Source: Tricharina praecox (Eukaryota). From it: a stretch of 64,000 bases of DNA. The notes under the pieces are model-generated. The model saw only the letters and a list, made by a program, of their open reading frames with translations. It did no database searches and was not told where the DNA came from. The stretch covers positions 992,001-1,056,000 of the forward strand of contig NW_026250410.1 of the NCBI RefSeq assembly GCF_024521635.1. Direction: 5' to 3'. Every line of letters starts with the position of its first letter. The stretch's first letter is position 1. Positions 50,853 to 62,315 of the stretch are shown one piece after another. The position numbers were made by a program, and so were the translations under genes.

Positions 50853-52736
50853 CTACCGCGCCGGACTCTTATCGGGCGCATTCATTCTCAGCTCTTGACA
50901 GATCTCAAAGCACTCTGCAAGCAGAGACGCGACGCGACCTTGGCCCTCCGGGATGTCGTTCCCTACCATAAACTTGCCATCCACCTTCATGTTCTCGATC
51001 GATGAGAGCTATAGATATAAGCCAAGCGTCAATACGAGTACATATACGAAAAAAAAAACGGATGGATGACTCGACAACAACAGCAACAACAACCGCCTGG
51101 ATGGTTTGGTTCACCTTCATGCTGTAGGGGTACAGATCCCGTGGATCCGCAATCCCGAATTTCTGCACTTCTTTGAGACAGCGCTGGACGGTTTGAAGTT
51201 GGTTAAAGATCGGGGTCAAGGCTTCGCTCACGGGCTGATATCGATCGGGTTAGCATCCCGTCCTCTCCTCGATGTTGATATCATGTCTTACCTCGCTAGA
51301 AATCAACAGAGTATAGATATGTGCATACGACCGACGTAGCAGATACAGTATTATCTGCGAATCACCATAATCAATATCGAGCTCATTCGGGAAGGAATAC
51401 ACCGCAGCCTCACACTCTGTCCCTCTTCCGGCGAGGACCCGTCTTCGGCGACAAACTTGCCGTCAACACGGCCGTCGTCGTACTGCATCAGCTTGATCAT
51501 AAACTCGTAGAGATCCGTCTCTCGCAGCGACCACGCCTGAGTAAGCTCAAACTTCTCAAGCTTGTGCTTAACCTTGTGGAGGGTATCGGAATAGTGTAGC
51601 AGTCCCGGGGCGATGACGCCTTGCCTGTACTCCAATCAGCTCCTGGGGCCATCCATCACCACCACCAACCGAAACCCATCATACCGGCTCAATGCCTCCT
51701 CAGCCATGGCATAGCACCGATCCATCACGAGTTGCACCTGTTTCTGCCCCTTCTCCGGGACCGCCCCATCGTCGCCAACAAACTTCCCAGCGATTTTGGT
51801 CGCGTCGATCTGCTGGATCTGGTCGAGATAGCCTTTAATTTCCGACTCGGAGAACTACACGGGGTGGGGTGGGGTGGGTTAGCTATGTACCGACCGACCA
51901 GCGGGCCATGCTCCCAACCAACCAACCACGAACCTACCTTCTTCTTCGCCTCGGCGGCCTTGATGCAGCGCCGCAGACTCACGAGCCGCTCGTGCACGCC
52001 ATACAACGTGGGTGATATCAGGTTCAGCTTGTCCTGGAGGTCCTGGAGAACGGCTTCGCACTCCTCCACCTTCGCCGCCATCAGTACGTTGACCCGCAGG
52101 TCGTGTGTGGATCCATTGTTCTGAATCGCTTCTTTGAACCCGCGAAGCGTATCGTGCACCGGGGAGATGTCTTTGTTCGAGAAGTTGCTCGACTCCGTAA
52201 GGTGAACTAAAAGCCTCTTTGTGAGGTGTAAGTGGGAGATGTCGATGACGTGTGGTCGGAAAGGGGGGAGGGTTGCGTGGTAACCTTTATTACAACGCTG
52301 GGTGCGTATCTGTGATTCCGGTGGTGGTCTGTAAGTATAGGGTGAGGAGGGTTCGGACATGAGAGGATTCGTACGTAGCCGGAGGGTCGAGGTTCCTCCC
52401 GATCGTGAGAAACAACAATGAGATCAGTAGGAAACAGTTATCGAGCAGGCGCTCAGCTATAGGCGGAGGTCAGTGATGTCCGAAAGGGAAAGGTTTAATG
52501 AGGGCCATGAGGTTGAGCAAGGAGGAAGAAGTACCATCCAACTGTTCGGAGCTCTTCTCGTTTCCGCTATCCAAAGCTCCAAATTGACTCTCGACAGCTC
52601 CGTGTAGTTCACAAAGTGTATCGTAATTAACTAGCACATTTGCGGAGCGAATGTAGGTGGTGCGATCTTCCTTCAGGACAATCAGGCCATCAAGGAAGTC
52701 CCGGAGGCGCTGGGTGATGGGCGTAGTCTCGGCCAT
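50853..52736 (-). CDS. CUB1: UPF0662/DUF2408 protein (yeast YPL260W/Cub1-like), 9 exons: 52736-52535, 52456-52375, 52309-52285, 52216-51938, 51854-51685, 51624-51414, 51354-51292, 51234-51115, 51008-50853 (435 aa)
   Basis: LKEDRTTYIRS, FLLISLLFLTIGRN, HERLVSLRR, LTQAWSLRETDL, LLRRSYA, SEPVSEALTPIFNQLQT, LYPYSMKL, IPEGQG; 1308 nt spliced. Confidence 0.88.
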
Positions 52737-53258
52737 CTTTGAGGAATTTGAGGTTGATGGTGGGGGGTGACCTATGTGTAGTGGTAGTATGTAGCGCAGC
52801 GAGCGACAGCGGAGTTGCCTCCAAAAGTTCCGTCATCGATTCTTCCAGGTTGTCACGGTACTATGTTCTAGCGCATAAGATAAGGCGGTAGCGTGCATCT
52901 TATCACCCATGGCGCCACCAGCTCATCGGATTATGGCGGTGCGGCTGATGCTGTGGTGTGGTGTGGCGCCCGATATCTCGGCTGGGGTTGTGACCTATCA
53001 GCCGCACCCACAAACCACCGCGCCAGCAGTCTTAACTTTGTGCGTGATTCTCGACACACCATTCTGAACTGGCCAATTTCACGATCAGCTCCCCCCCGCG
53101 ACAATCAACCGAACCGAAACGCCCCGACTTTACGACCCGACCAGCATCGTACAGGTGAGCCATCTCTCCCCTCGAGAAAACACTGCTTCATCGCATCGCA
53201 AAAAAAAAGAACAATAATCTGACGAACGAATCCGAGCGATACAGCTACTCCCCACACA

Positions 53259-53765
53259 ATGTCGTCGACTGCCGAGCTTGCAACCTCCTACGCCGCGCTC
53301 ATCCTTGCGGATGACGGCATCGATATCACAGTTCGTCGCCCCGTCGCAAACCCCCGCGCTACACCGCTCGGAGGAGGAGAGGAGGAATTTGGAAACAGCA
53401 ACTGACGAGTGATTCGTCGTACAGGCCGACAAGATCACCAACCTTATCAAGGCTGCCAACGTCGATGTTGAGCCCATCTGGGCTTCGCTCTTCGCCAAGG
53501 CCCTCGAGGGTAAGGACGTCAAGGACCTGCTCATGAACGTCGGTTCCGGAGGTGGTGCCCCCGCTGTCGGAGGTGGTGCTCCTTCGGGAGGTGCCGCTGC
53601 CGCCGGTGGTGCTGCTGAGGCCGTTGAGGAGAAGAAGGAGGGTACGTTCGAGATCAACCCCCGCTACAGCAATACACTCGCCCAGGAATCAGGTGCTGAC
53701 AGAAGGAAACAGAGAAAGACGAGGAGGAGTCCGACGAGGACATGGGTTTCGGTCTGTTCGACTAA
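53259..53765 (+). CDS. RPP1: 60S acidic ribosomal protein P1, exons 53259-53330, 53425-53641, 53713-53765 (113 aa)
   Basis: [44 protein letters not shown], Ala/Gly hinge, [14 protein letters not shown]. Confidence 0.97.
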
Positions 53766-54361
53766 GCGGATTTCAATTACAAATAAAATCCTTGTCATGG
53801 TTTCGAAACTCCGGCGATGTGGGTGCTTTCTGGGTTAGAAAATGGCGTTCATGTTCTCTTCGATGCTGGACGGATAGCAAATGCGAATGTCTGGTGCACC
53901 AACTTTGTTCCAACAGTGATACCGTAATGCTTTTCCCGTGATCTGCCGCCTTGAGTACTCTGGATAGAACAGCTGAATTCAACTGTGCAACCTCCTTTGC
54001 CCAGCATCCATTGCCCGACCATGAGCCCGTAAAGTCTGCAGCGTAACGTCCACGTGCCCAACCTGATGGTCAATATATCATCACAGATCTCCCTTCGTAC
54101 CTGCTCTGCATCCATACATCCACCTGCAGTTTCAGTCCAAGAATTGAGCCCTACGCACCCCTAGACCAATGGGCCACCCCCCTCCGCGCCGGGCCCAGTG
54201 GCAGCGGCAGCTGCAACTTTAAAGACATCGCCTAACCCAAACACGCTAGACTGAGCCCTTTCTCTATGGTGGGGCAGACCTTAGCTTGGCGCAAATCTTC
54301 CACCTTCCACCTCACCACCCACCATCACCACCAGCATATCCCACGAATACAAAACCGAAAA

Positions 54362-55982
54362 ATGTCGACACTCCTCCCCCCCAAAGCCAAGCGCGTAAAG
54401 CGCGAAGAACTGCAGCGCGCACGGGAACAACAGGCACCAGACCTGGTCCCCGACGATGTGCCAAATGTCGTTATACAACTGCGCGCATCAGACACCGGCA
54501 CGCAGCTGGGCGGAGAGTTGCACATCCCCGGCAATGCGAGCGCGCAGCAGCTGGATCAGCTTGTTAACAAGCTTTTGGGGAGTGTATGTTTTTTTCTCTC
54601 CATTTGTAATGGCGGCGGGATATGCGGGGCTGATTGAGGTTGGTGCGTAGGAAGATGATAAAGTTCCGTATACCTTCTCGCTCCTCTCGAACCCTGCGGA
54701 CCCGAATTCGGCGGTGATAGATATTGCCACCGACCTGTGGAGCGCTGTGTTGAAGCCGGGCCACAAGTCGACGGAAGACGTGCTCACGCTGGTATACACC
54801 CCGCAAGCGGTGTTCCGGGTGCGTGCTGTGTCAAGGAGTTCGGCGGCGATCGTCGGGCATGGAAACGCCATCCTTACTACGCAGTTCTCTCCGGCGTCGA
54901 GTAGTCGCATGGTTACGGGCAGTGGGGACGGCACGGCGAGGATATGGGATTGCGACACCGAGACACCGATGCATACATTGAAGGGCCACACGAACTGGGT
55001 GTTGGTCGTCAGCTGGTCGCCGGACGCAGAACTGGTCGTAACGGGGAGTATGGACAACACCGTACGCATGTGGGATCCGAAGTCAGGCAAGCCCCTCGGC
55101 GACGCCATGAAAGCCCACAGCAAATGGATCACGGCGATTGCGTGGGAGCCGTACCACCTGCAACAGCCGGGCACGCCGCGCTTCGCCAGCTCTAGCAAAG
55201 ACACCACGATCCGGGTGTGGAACGCCACGCTGCGACGAGTCGAGTTCTGCCTCGCCGGGCACACCGCCGCCGTCACCTGCGTCAAATGGGCCGGTGACGG
55301 CCGGATCTACTCCGCGTCGCAAGACAAATCCATCCGCATCTGGGACCCCACCAGCGGCCGCTGCCTCCACACGCTCACCGCCCACGCCCACTGGGTCAAC
55401 CACATGGCGCTGTCGACCGACTTCGCGATCCGCACCGCGTACCACGACCACCTGGGGCCCAAGACCATCCCCTCCACGTCCGCCGAGCGCATCCAAAAAG
55501 CGCACGACCGCTTCACCGCGGCAGCCACCATCGGCGGCGAGCTCGTCGAGCGCCTCGTCACCGCGTCCGATGACAACACGATGTACCTCTGGGAGCCGTC
55601 GTCGAGCCTCAAGCCGCTCGCGCGGCTCCTCGGACACCAAAAGGCCGTCAACCACGTGTCCTTCTCCCCGGACGGCCGCATCATCGCCAGCGCCTCGTTC
55701 GACAACAGCGTCAAGCTGTGGTCCGCCCGCGACGGGAAATACATCACGACCCTGCGCGGCCACGTCGCCCCCGTCTACCAGTGCGCGTTCTCGGCGGATA
55801 GCAGGCTGCTCGTTAGCTCGAGTAAGGACTCGACGCTGAAGGTCTGGGACGTCAAGACCGGCAAGCTGCATACTGACCTCCCGGGCCACCAGGACGAGGT
55901 CTTTGCTGTCGATTGGTCGCCTGATGGCGCCAAGGTCGCCAGTGGAGGGAAGGATAAGGCTGTTAGGTTGTGGAAACATTGA
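54362..55982 (+). CDS. RSA4: Ribosome assembly protein 4 / Notchless (NLE domain + WD40), exons 54362-54583, 54651-55982 (517 aa)
   Basis: MSTLLPPKAKR, STEDVLTLVYTPQAVFRVRAV, multiple GH..WD repeats, GHQDEVFAVDWSPDG..GGKDKAVRLWKH. Confidence 0.96.
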
Positions 55983-56214
55983 TTTGGCTGGAATATGTTT
56001 AAAAGTTTTTGCCGTTTGGGTTGGGTGCGAGGGGCGCGGCGGGGTGTATATACTAGTACATTTATATCTCTTCTGGTTGTATTTTTTTGTTTTGTTTTGT
56101 CTAATCATCATACATATCATTCGAACCTTACTAGGTAGATCTTCCGGTTGGATGGGCGTGGTTATCAAGATCAAGGAATAGACAAAAAGCTGGCTGCCGA
56201 GTGAGCGATAGGCG

Positions 56215-56327
56215 GTGGAATAATCGAAGCAAAAGTGACCCACCATACATACATCGAACGAGACGCAGTGGAACAATCGAAGCAAAAGTGACCTACCATA
56301 CATAGGTACATCGAACGAGACGCAGTG
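56215..56327. repeat. Tandem duplication of about 53-57 bp between convergent RSA4 and ENP1
   Basis: GTGGAAYAATCGAAGCAAAAGTGACCYACCATACATA..CATCGAACGAGACGCAGTG occurs twice. Confidence 0.9.
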
Positions 56328-56445
56328 ATTGTGAAGGAGTAAAAACCGCACGAAATTTTTATTCTACCAACGCCGAAAATAAAGACCAACTTTTTCCCAT
56401 CCGCATCGTCAACAATCACATGTATGTAGCAGAGCTTAACGCCGC

Positions 56446-57967
56446 CTACTCCATCATCAAATCGTCCTCCTGCATCATCATCATCTCCTTCTCCATTCCC
56501 CTAGCCCTTCCCGCAATGAGCTGGCGTCTGATCTCCGGTCCGACGAGGGGATGTCCCTTGACCAGCAGCAGATCGAGCAGGGCATCCCGCTGGTCCTCGG
56601 TGATATCGTTTCTGTAGCGCTCCGCGAACGCGAGCAGGCTCTTGTGCCACAGCAGCGGCAGCTGGTCGTCGACGCTCTTGAACCGGATGAAGTGGAACAC
56701 CAGTCCGTCAACGACTTTGTACGGCAGCGCGTACTTCTTGTCGATCAGCACTTGGATAAACACGCTGGTCGGCCCAGTGTAGTCCATCTCGCAAAGCCGG
56801 AGAAGCGCGGCCGCCGAGTGCAGCACCGGGATCGAGATGCGCGTGAGCACCGAGCCGATTATTTGTGCTTCTTTTAGGGAGCAGGTGCCGCTCTGGAGAT
56901 TACTGGTCAGTACTGACTGCGGAATAGCTGAGAAGGGTGGGGAGTATGGTGTGTACCTCGGCCAGAGGGAACAGGAAGCCCTTGAAGAACGCCGCTGGCT
57001 TGTATAGCGACTTTTTGATACTGTTGTAGAGATGAACGTTGAGTTTCTTGCTCTCATGGATTTCGTCGCGCACACGGTCCAGGAGAATTAATGACAAGAA
57101 TCTATCATACACACAATTAGCACACGGCTCATATCTCACGGAGGGGCACGCTTACTTCTGAGTCTGCGACGACTTCTGCGCGGCAAACAACTTCATCGCC
57201 TCGTAGCACGCATTTGGCGTCCACTTATCCGGTCTTGTAATAAACAATATCGGCTCCCAATTTTTCAGCGACGGAATAATCTTGAACGCCTTTGGCAGCT
57301 TTCCGGACTTATATCTTGACAGCAGGATTCCGACTCTGTGGGCGAATCATCAGCCATGAACCGACCAACCACGCATCACATGGACATACTTGGTGTAGAC
57401 CTCGACGACCTTCGGCGGCAGCGCAAGTACATCGTCCTGTCCCTTGCCCTGGCCGCCTCCTCCAGCAAGCTTCGCCTCGTGCTCCGCAATTTTCTCCAAA
57501 ATCTTATCTGCGAGCGAGACCCTCTGTTCCTGCTGCCCCTCCTGGGGCATGAAGCGATTGAAGAGCTCCTCGTCGCCCTCATCGACCTCAATCTCCTCGA
57601 CCTCCTCCTCCTCGTCCTCGAATCCATCATCATCGTCGAACTCTCCCTCATCGCTATCCTCCTCCTCCTCCTGCACCTGAATCCTCATCTGCGCGCCTCC
57701 ACCACCAATGAATGCACCCACGCCAACTGCGGCGGCGGCCGCCCGCTCCTCGGAGATCTCGTCTTGCTGCTCCTTCGCCAGCAGCAGGATCCGCTTCGAC
57801 AGCCCGCTGTCGACATAGTCCTCGGGCCGGTCCTGCTTCTCCTTGCGCTTGATGCGGGCCACCTTGCGCAGGTGCCCCGGCCCGTGCGACGTCTCGAGCA
57901 ATTCTTCGTGCAGTGGGTTGTGGCGGCGGTGCGCGCGCGGCTGTGCAAGCATTGTGTCCTTCGGCAT
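56446..57967 (-). CDS. ENP1: Bystin / 40S biogenesis factor Enp1, exons 57967-57390, 57335-57156, 57101-56957, 56892-56446 (449 aa)
   Basis: RRHNPL, SKRILLLAKEQQDE, LPPKVVEVY, LSRYKSGKLPKAFKIIP, SLYKPAAFFKGFLFP, SIPVLHSAAAL, KKYALPYKVVD. Confidence 0.96.
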
Positions 57968-57972
57968 CGTGT

Positions 57973-57973
<1 letters not shown>

Positions 57974-58012
<39 letters not shown>
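57974..58012. repeat. (GT)n microsatellite in the ENP1 5' leader
   Basis: Directly visible, a few nt upstream of the ENP1 ATG. Confidence 0.9.
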
Positions 58013-58014
<2 letters not shown>

Positions 58015-58473
58015 ATCGAGGGGCCAACTACTGTACTGTCTGTCTGTCTGTCTGTCGAGGGGGGTTTATGTGGCAGAGTGAGTTGAGTTCGAAGCGTTAA
58101 TCTATCTGTCTGGTCACTTGCGCTGGGCGCTGGAATTTTTTGAGTTTTGCTCGTTGGAACGTTTTGCCCCACAGTGCCAAGATTTATTTCAGCTAGCTGC
58201 CACCCTGTGCCGGCTCATAACTACATGGAGTCACGAAAATCGGCACGGGTCCCTCCCTAACCTTCGCGTGTCAGCTCAGACTCAGCTCCCCCGATCCCCC
58301 GATCCCGACTTCGCCGTCATCAGCCAGCACCTCCGAAACATACAAATCCACCATCCACTATCGAAAAAAAAACAAAACTGGCATCTCGCTAAAATTACGT
58401 GCAGTCCCGCGTATTTCCGCGCCGAATCCGAAATCATAACAGCCCATGTACATGCATACGATACAGATAATCA

Positions 58474-59967
58474 TCAATTCTCGTGCGCGCCCGCACCGGC
58501 AGTCCCCAACCTCGCCTCCAATATCGCCGCAACCAGTCCCATCTTCCCGGACTTCCACACGCGGTCGGCAACGACATCGCCAACCTTCTTTACCAGCGCC
58601 TCCCGAGTCTCCTCGTTGATATCGACGCCCTCGGTCTTAACGAGGATGCCGGTTTCGTCCTGCTCGAGGAGCTCCAGTACGTTGAAGATCGCCTCCACTA
58701 CCATCTCTGCATCCGCCTTCTTCGGTGTGTTGTCCTCAATCTCTGGGCGGTACACTTTTTCGTAGAGTTTGAGGTTGGGTAGGATGAGGACCCGCACGGA
58801 TTCTCGGCCGCCGATTGCGGCGAGGCCAACGATCGCGCCGTAGTGTGTACCCAGGGGCTTGGACGGGTCGAGGAAGTGCTTCAGACATGCGCGAGTGAGG
58901 CGGGGCCGGAGGGTGTGTGATGACTCGCCGAAGCGCTTGCAGACGAGCTTGATCAGGCTGGCGGCGTAGTTTCGAAGGTGAAAATGGTGGTTTGTAGATG
59001 GGTCGCCGAGTCGCTTGCCGACGAGACATGTCAGGATGGGGGGAATGATGGAGGTCACCTAGTGCTGTCAGTCAAACAGTGCTCGCCTTCAGAGAATACG
59101 AGGGAGACGGACATAGGGCCCGATAAACAGGTTCTCGTTCTCCAGCAACGCATGCGTTAGATGCATCATCTGATTTAACACAAACATATCCCTCAACTTC
59201 TGCGTAACCTTCTCGGCGACAAACTGCAAAAAGTACGGCAACAATTGGTGCAGTCCCGGATCGTGTCTCAAGCTCGACAGCGCCGCGCCGTGAAGATGCT
59301 CGTTCGACTCGTCCATGAGCGCCGTGCAGATCCGCTCGTAGTATAGCTGTAACTCCTTGGACAGAATATGTTTGACCAACGGCTTGACCGTGGCATTCTC
59401 GCTGTTCCCCGCTGTCGCCGCGAGCGACGATGTAGTGTTTGACCCCTTGGGTGTACCCTCCGACAATCGTGCCGCCTCCGCCTGCGTAGGATTCTGTGCA
59501 ATCGCTGGTTGCACACCCTCGATCGCGAGCCAGTGTGCTAGTATCCCCCGCTCATCAGCCGTCGCCCGCACGCCGCCCGCACAATACCATTACATACCCG
59601 TGAACGTAACCTCCCTCGGCACCTTCGGTAGCGGGGCGTTTATAAGTTTTTCGAAGTCGACCTCCTCGTCCTCTACGTAGTATATGGGTTGAGCGGGGCC
59701 CACCGAAGCCTCGCCGAACCGCAGCGGTCGCTGCGAGTCGTATCCGTACAGCGGTTCGACGTTCAGTACGCGCAGCGCATGCGAGATATCTGTGGTAGCT
59801 AGCACCGTCCGTCGGCTGTGTCGCATGAACTTCAGCGCCTCCTGTAGTACCTGGTGGATCCGGTACTCGACGTCCATCGCGAGGTTGTTAGCGACCTCGT
59901 CGTTGAGGTTACCGATGCCCACGGATTCGGAGACATCTTTGATCGTGTCGCTGTTCCAGAGCGACAT
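58474..59967 (-). CDS. TAF6: TFIID/SAGA subunit Taf6, exons 59967-59598, 59537-59113, 59058-58474 (459 aa)
   Basis: Histone-fold [80 protein letters not shown]. Confidence 0.96.
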
Positions 59968-61439
59968 GGTTGTGAGTGAGTGGAGATTTGGTGGTGGTGT
60001 ACGAGTGGTGATGTGGCAGTGGGGTGGTGGTCGTGGTTGTGGTGCTGGTTGCTGGTTGCTGGTTGCTTGCGGGTGGAGAGACGTGAATTGCCGACCAACG
60101 TGACTGCAAACGTGACTTACGTGTTTGGCGTGCTTCACACAGAATGACCCCCACCACGAGCAATCACTCGATAGTTGGTTTTCACTTCGCGATTCTCCCT
60201 GGCCATTCTAGGACCAATAGCGACAGTAAATTAATTTTTCTCTCTCTCTCCAGCACCAATAGCACACCAACATTCATATCTGTTTTCACGATAAACTACA
60301 AATTCCAGATTCGGCATTAGATACTTTGGTACCACAACGCTACATTCAACCATAATAACCACTCATCGCACAGTCACCACACAACACACAACACGACATA
60401 CGACGCATGGCTTCGGTATCTCAGCCCTATATAATCAGACTCGATCCCGCCCGAGATTCCAAGGTGCGGTTAGGTTATTATCATGACGGCTTGGTTCGGA
60501 AAAATGGTCGGGACCAAGGAGGAGGAGTGGAGGAATCCGATTCTACTTGGTAGGTATTTGCTCTGGTTATCCGATCTACATAGGAGTCATGTGCTGGTTT
60601 CCAAGGTATTTCGATTTAGTTTTTCAAGTTGAAGTGTCATTGTGAACGACGAACCTTCCAACCAGGTGAATATTTTGCTAAGTAGTATGTAATGAAAAGT
60701 GGAGAATAGTGACAATTGCTACAACCACTCCCCACTACCCAGGAGTCTCCAACCGTACAGAGCCAGCAGATTTTGGGCGAAGCATAGAATGTCCCATTGA
60801 TCCTCCGAATATTCCACGCCGATTGCGCACAGGTTGAGTAGAATTGGTACTGCAGCCAAGCCAGACGAGCGGCTCGCTTATGTCCTCTAGCGGCCCGCTG
60901 TAGTTAACCCCAGCTGGAGATCTACATTTCTTTGAAATGTTCCGTACACGGGACGTCAATCCACCATGGGACAGTCGACCATCGAGGAGTTTGCCAAATG
61001 GTTGGAGGGTTGGGCGGACGGGATTGGAATATCTGCAGTGGCAGAGTTCAGATTTTAGTTTACGGAGATGAATGAGTACTAGTAGACTTTCCAGTTGAAT
61101 GTGAGGATGTATCATGTGGTATGCTTTGAGCGTCTGAATCTAGACTTCATTCTTGACTTTTCCAATGCTCCGGAGTCAAAGGTATGTATTCTGTCTAGCT
61201 TTTCTACATATCTGAAGGATATACCTCCTCTAGCACCCTAGTTAACCTTATACCTTCTGAAGCTCAGAGCTACCTACCTATATCTATCTGTATAGCCCGT
61301 CGGGGCACCCACCGCTTCCCATCCGGCAAGCAAGCACAAACATCCTCATCCTCTCTCGTACCTCGAAAATCACCACCACCACCAGCCTCGCCATCTCTCT
61401 TTATCACTCAAAACGATCAACGGACCAGACCAGCCGTCT

Positions 61440-62129
61440 ATGGATCCGCCAATGACAGGAGGAAGCTGCAGAACTTCTCGCTAGACGACCGGAGGAGGAG
61501 GTACCCGATGGAGTGACGCTCTATCTTCCTGTAAAAACTCGTTTTCCCCATACACCGCAGACGTGCACGATAGCCTGACCATCCCTTTCCCCGTAGGCAA
61601 AGCGGAAGCGGAAGCGGCCAAGCTCGCGGAGCTCACGCGGCTTCGGGGCGAAAACGTTCGGTTAACGGGCGAGGCGGTCAGACTGACGGGCGAGGCGACG
61701 CGGTTGACCGACGAGGCGATCAGGTTGATCGACGAGAATGTACGCTTGAGGGCTCGGGCTCGGGCTCGGGCGAAGGCGCGGGCGAAGGCGCGGGCGCGGG
61801 CGAAGAAGATCGCAGCAGCAGCAGCACGGCCGGGTTCTCAGGCTAGCGGCGCCGGAGAAGAGGCCAGGACGAAACTGTGCGACGAGTACGACGGTTTCCT
61901 TGAGGCAGTTGAGTATGAGTGGAATTGGTCGGTCGACAGGAGGATTGCCATGCATGCGTTGGTCGAGAGGGTTAAGAGGTTGGGGCCGTCTGCGGAGGTG
62001 AGTGATTTGTTTGTCGAGATGAGTGAGCACGTTTTCGAGCTCGTGATTGGGGCTACCCGGATTAATGATGATCTTTTCATGGTCTACAATGAGTATGGAA
62101 GGAGGTTGCGGCTTATTCGCTTGGTGTAG
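61440..62129 (+). CDS. Hypothetical coiled-coil protein (heptad repeats ENVRLTG/EAVRLTG...; RA-rich tract); 5' exon uncertain and interrupted by TAG
   Basis: Open coding-like exon 61597-62129 preceded by CTGAC branch and TAG acceptor. The only compatible upstream ATGs (61440/61452) are in a frame with an in-frame TAG at 61482. Confidence 0.45.
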
Positions 62130-62315
62130 TTAGGCCTCGTCCAACCGGGGGATTGGGGGGGTTGTCATCGGGAATTTGGGTTTAAACTGAGCGTAAAACA
62201 TTTGCAGTAATTCTAGGATATGTACCAAGATATATATACAGAAAAAATAGACTCAAAAGACCGGTCATACATAGCACTCATCACGCACCTTCCATGCTCC
62301 GCCAACTATCTACCA

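Noticed and set aside
55083..56351. 422-aa antisense ORF over RSA4 (and similar long antisense ORFs over MAP2, the S41 gene, the GAPVD1-like gene and GH3)
   Set aside because: Shadow ORFs expected from GC3-rich codon usage on the sense strand; no recognisable motifs.
60396..60470. ACATACGAC resembling the start of fungal 5S rRNA
   Set aside because: Similarity ends after 9 nt and there is no internal control region match.
60735..61115. 126-aa minus-strand ORF upstream of TAF6
   Set aside because: No recognisable domain or codon bias; a decayed gene cannot be excluded but is unsupported.
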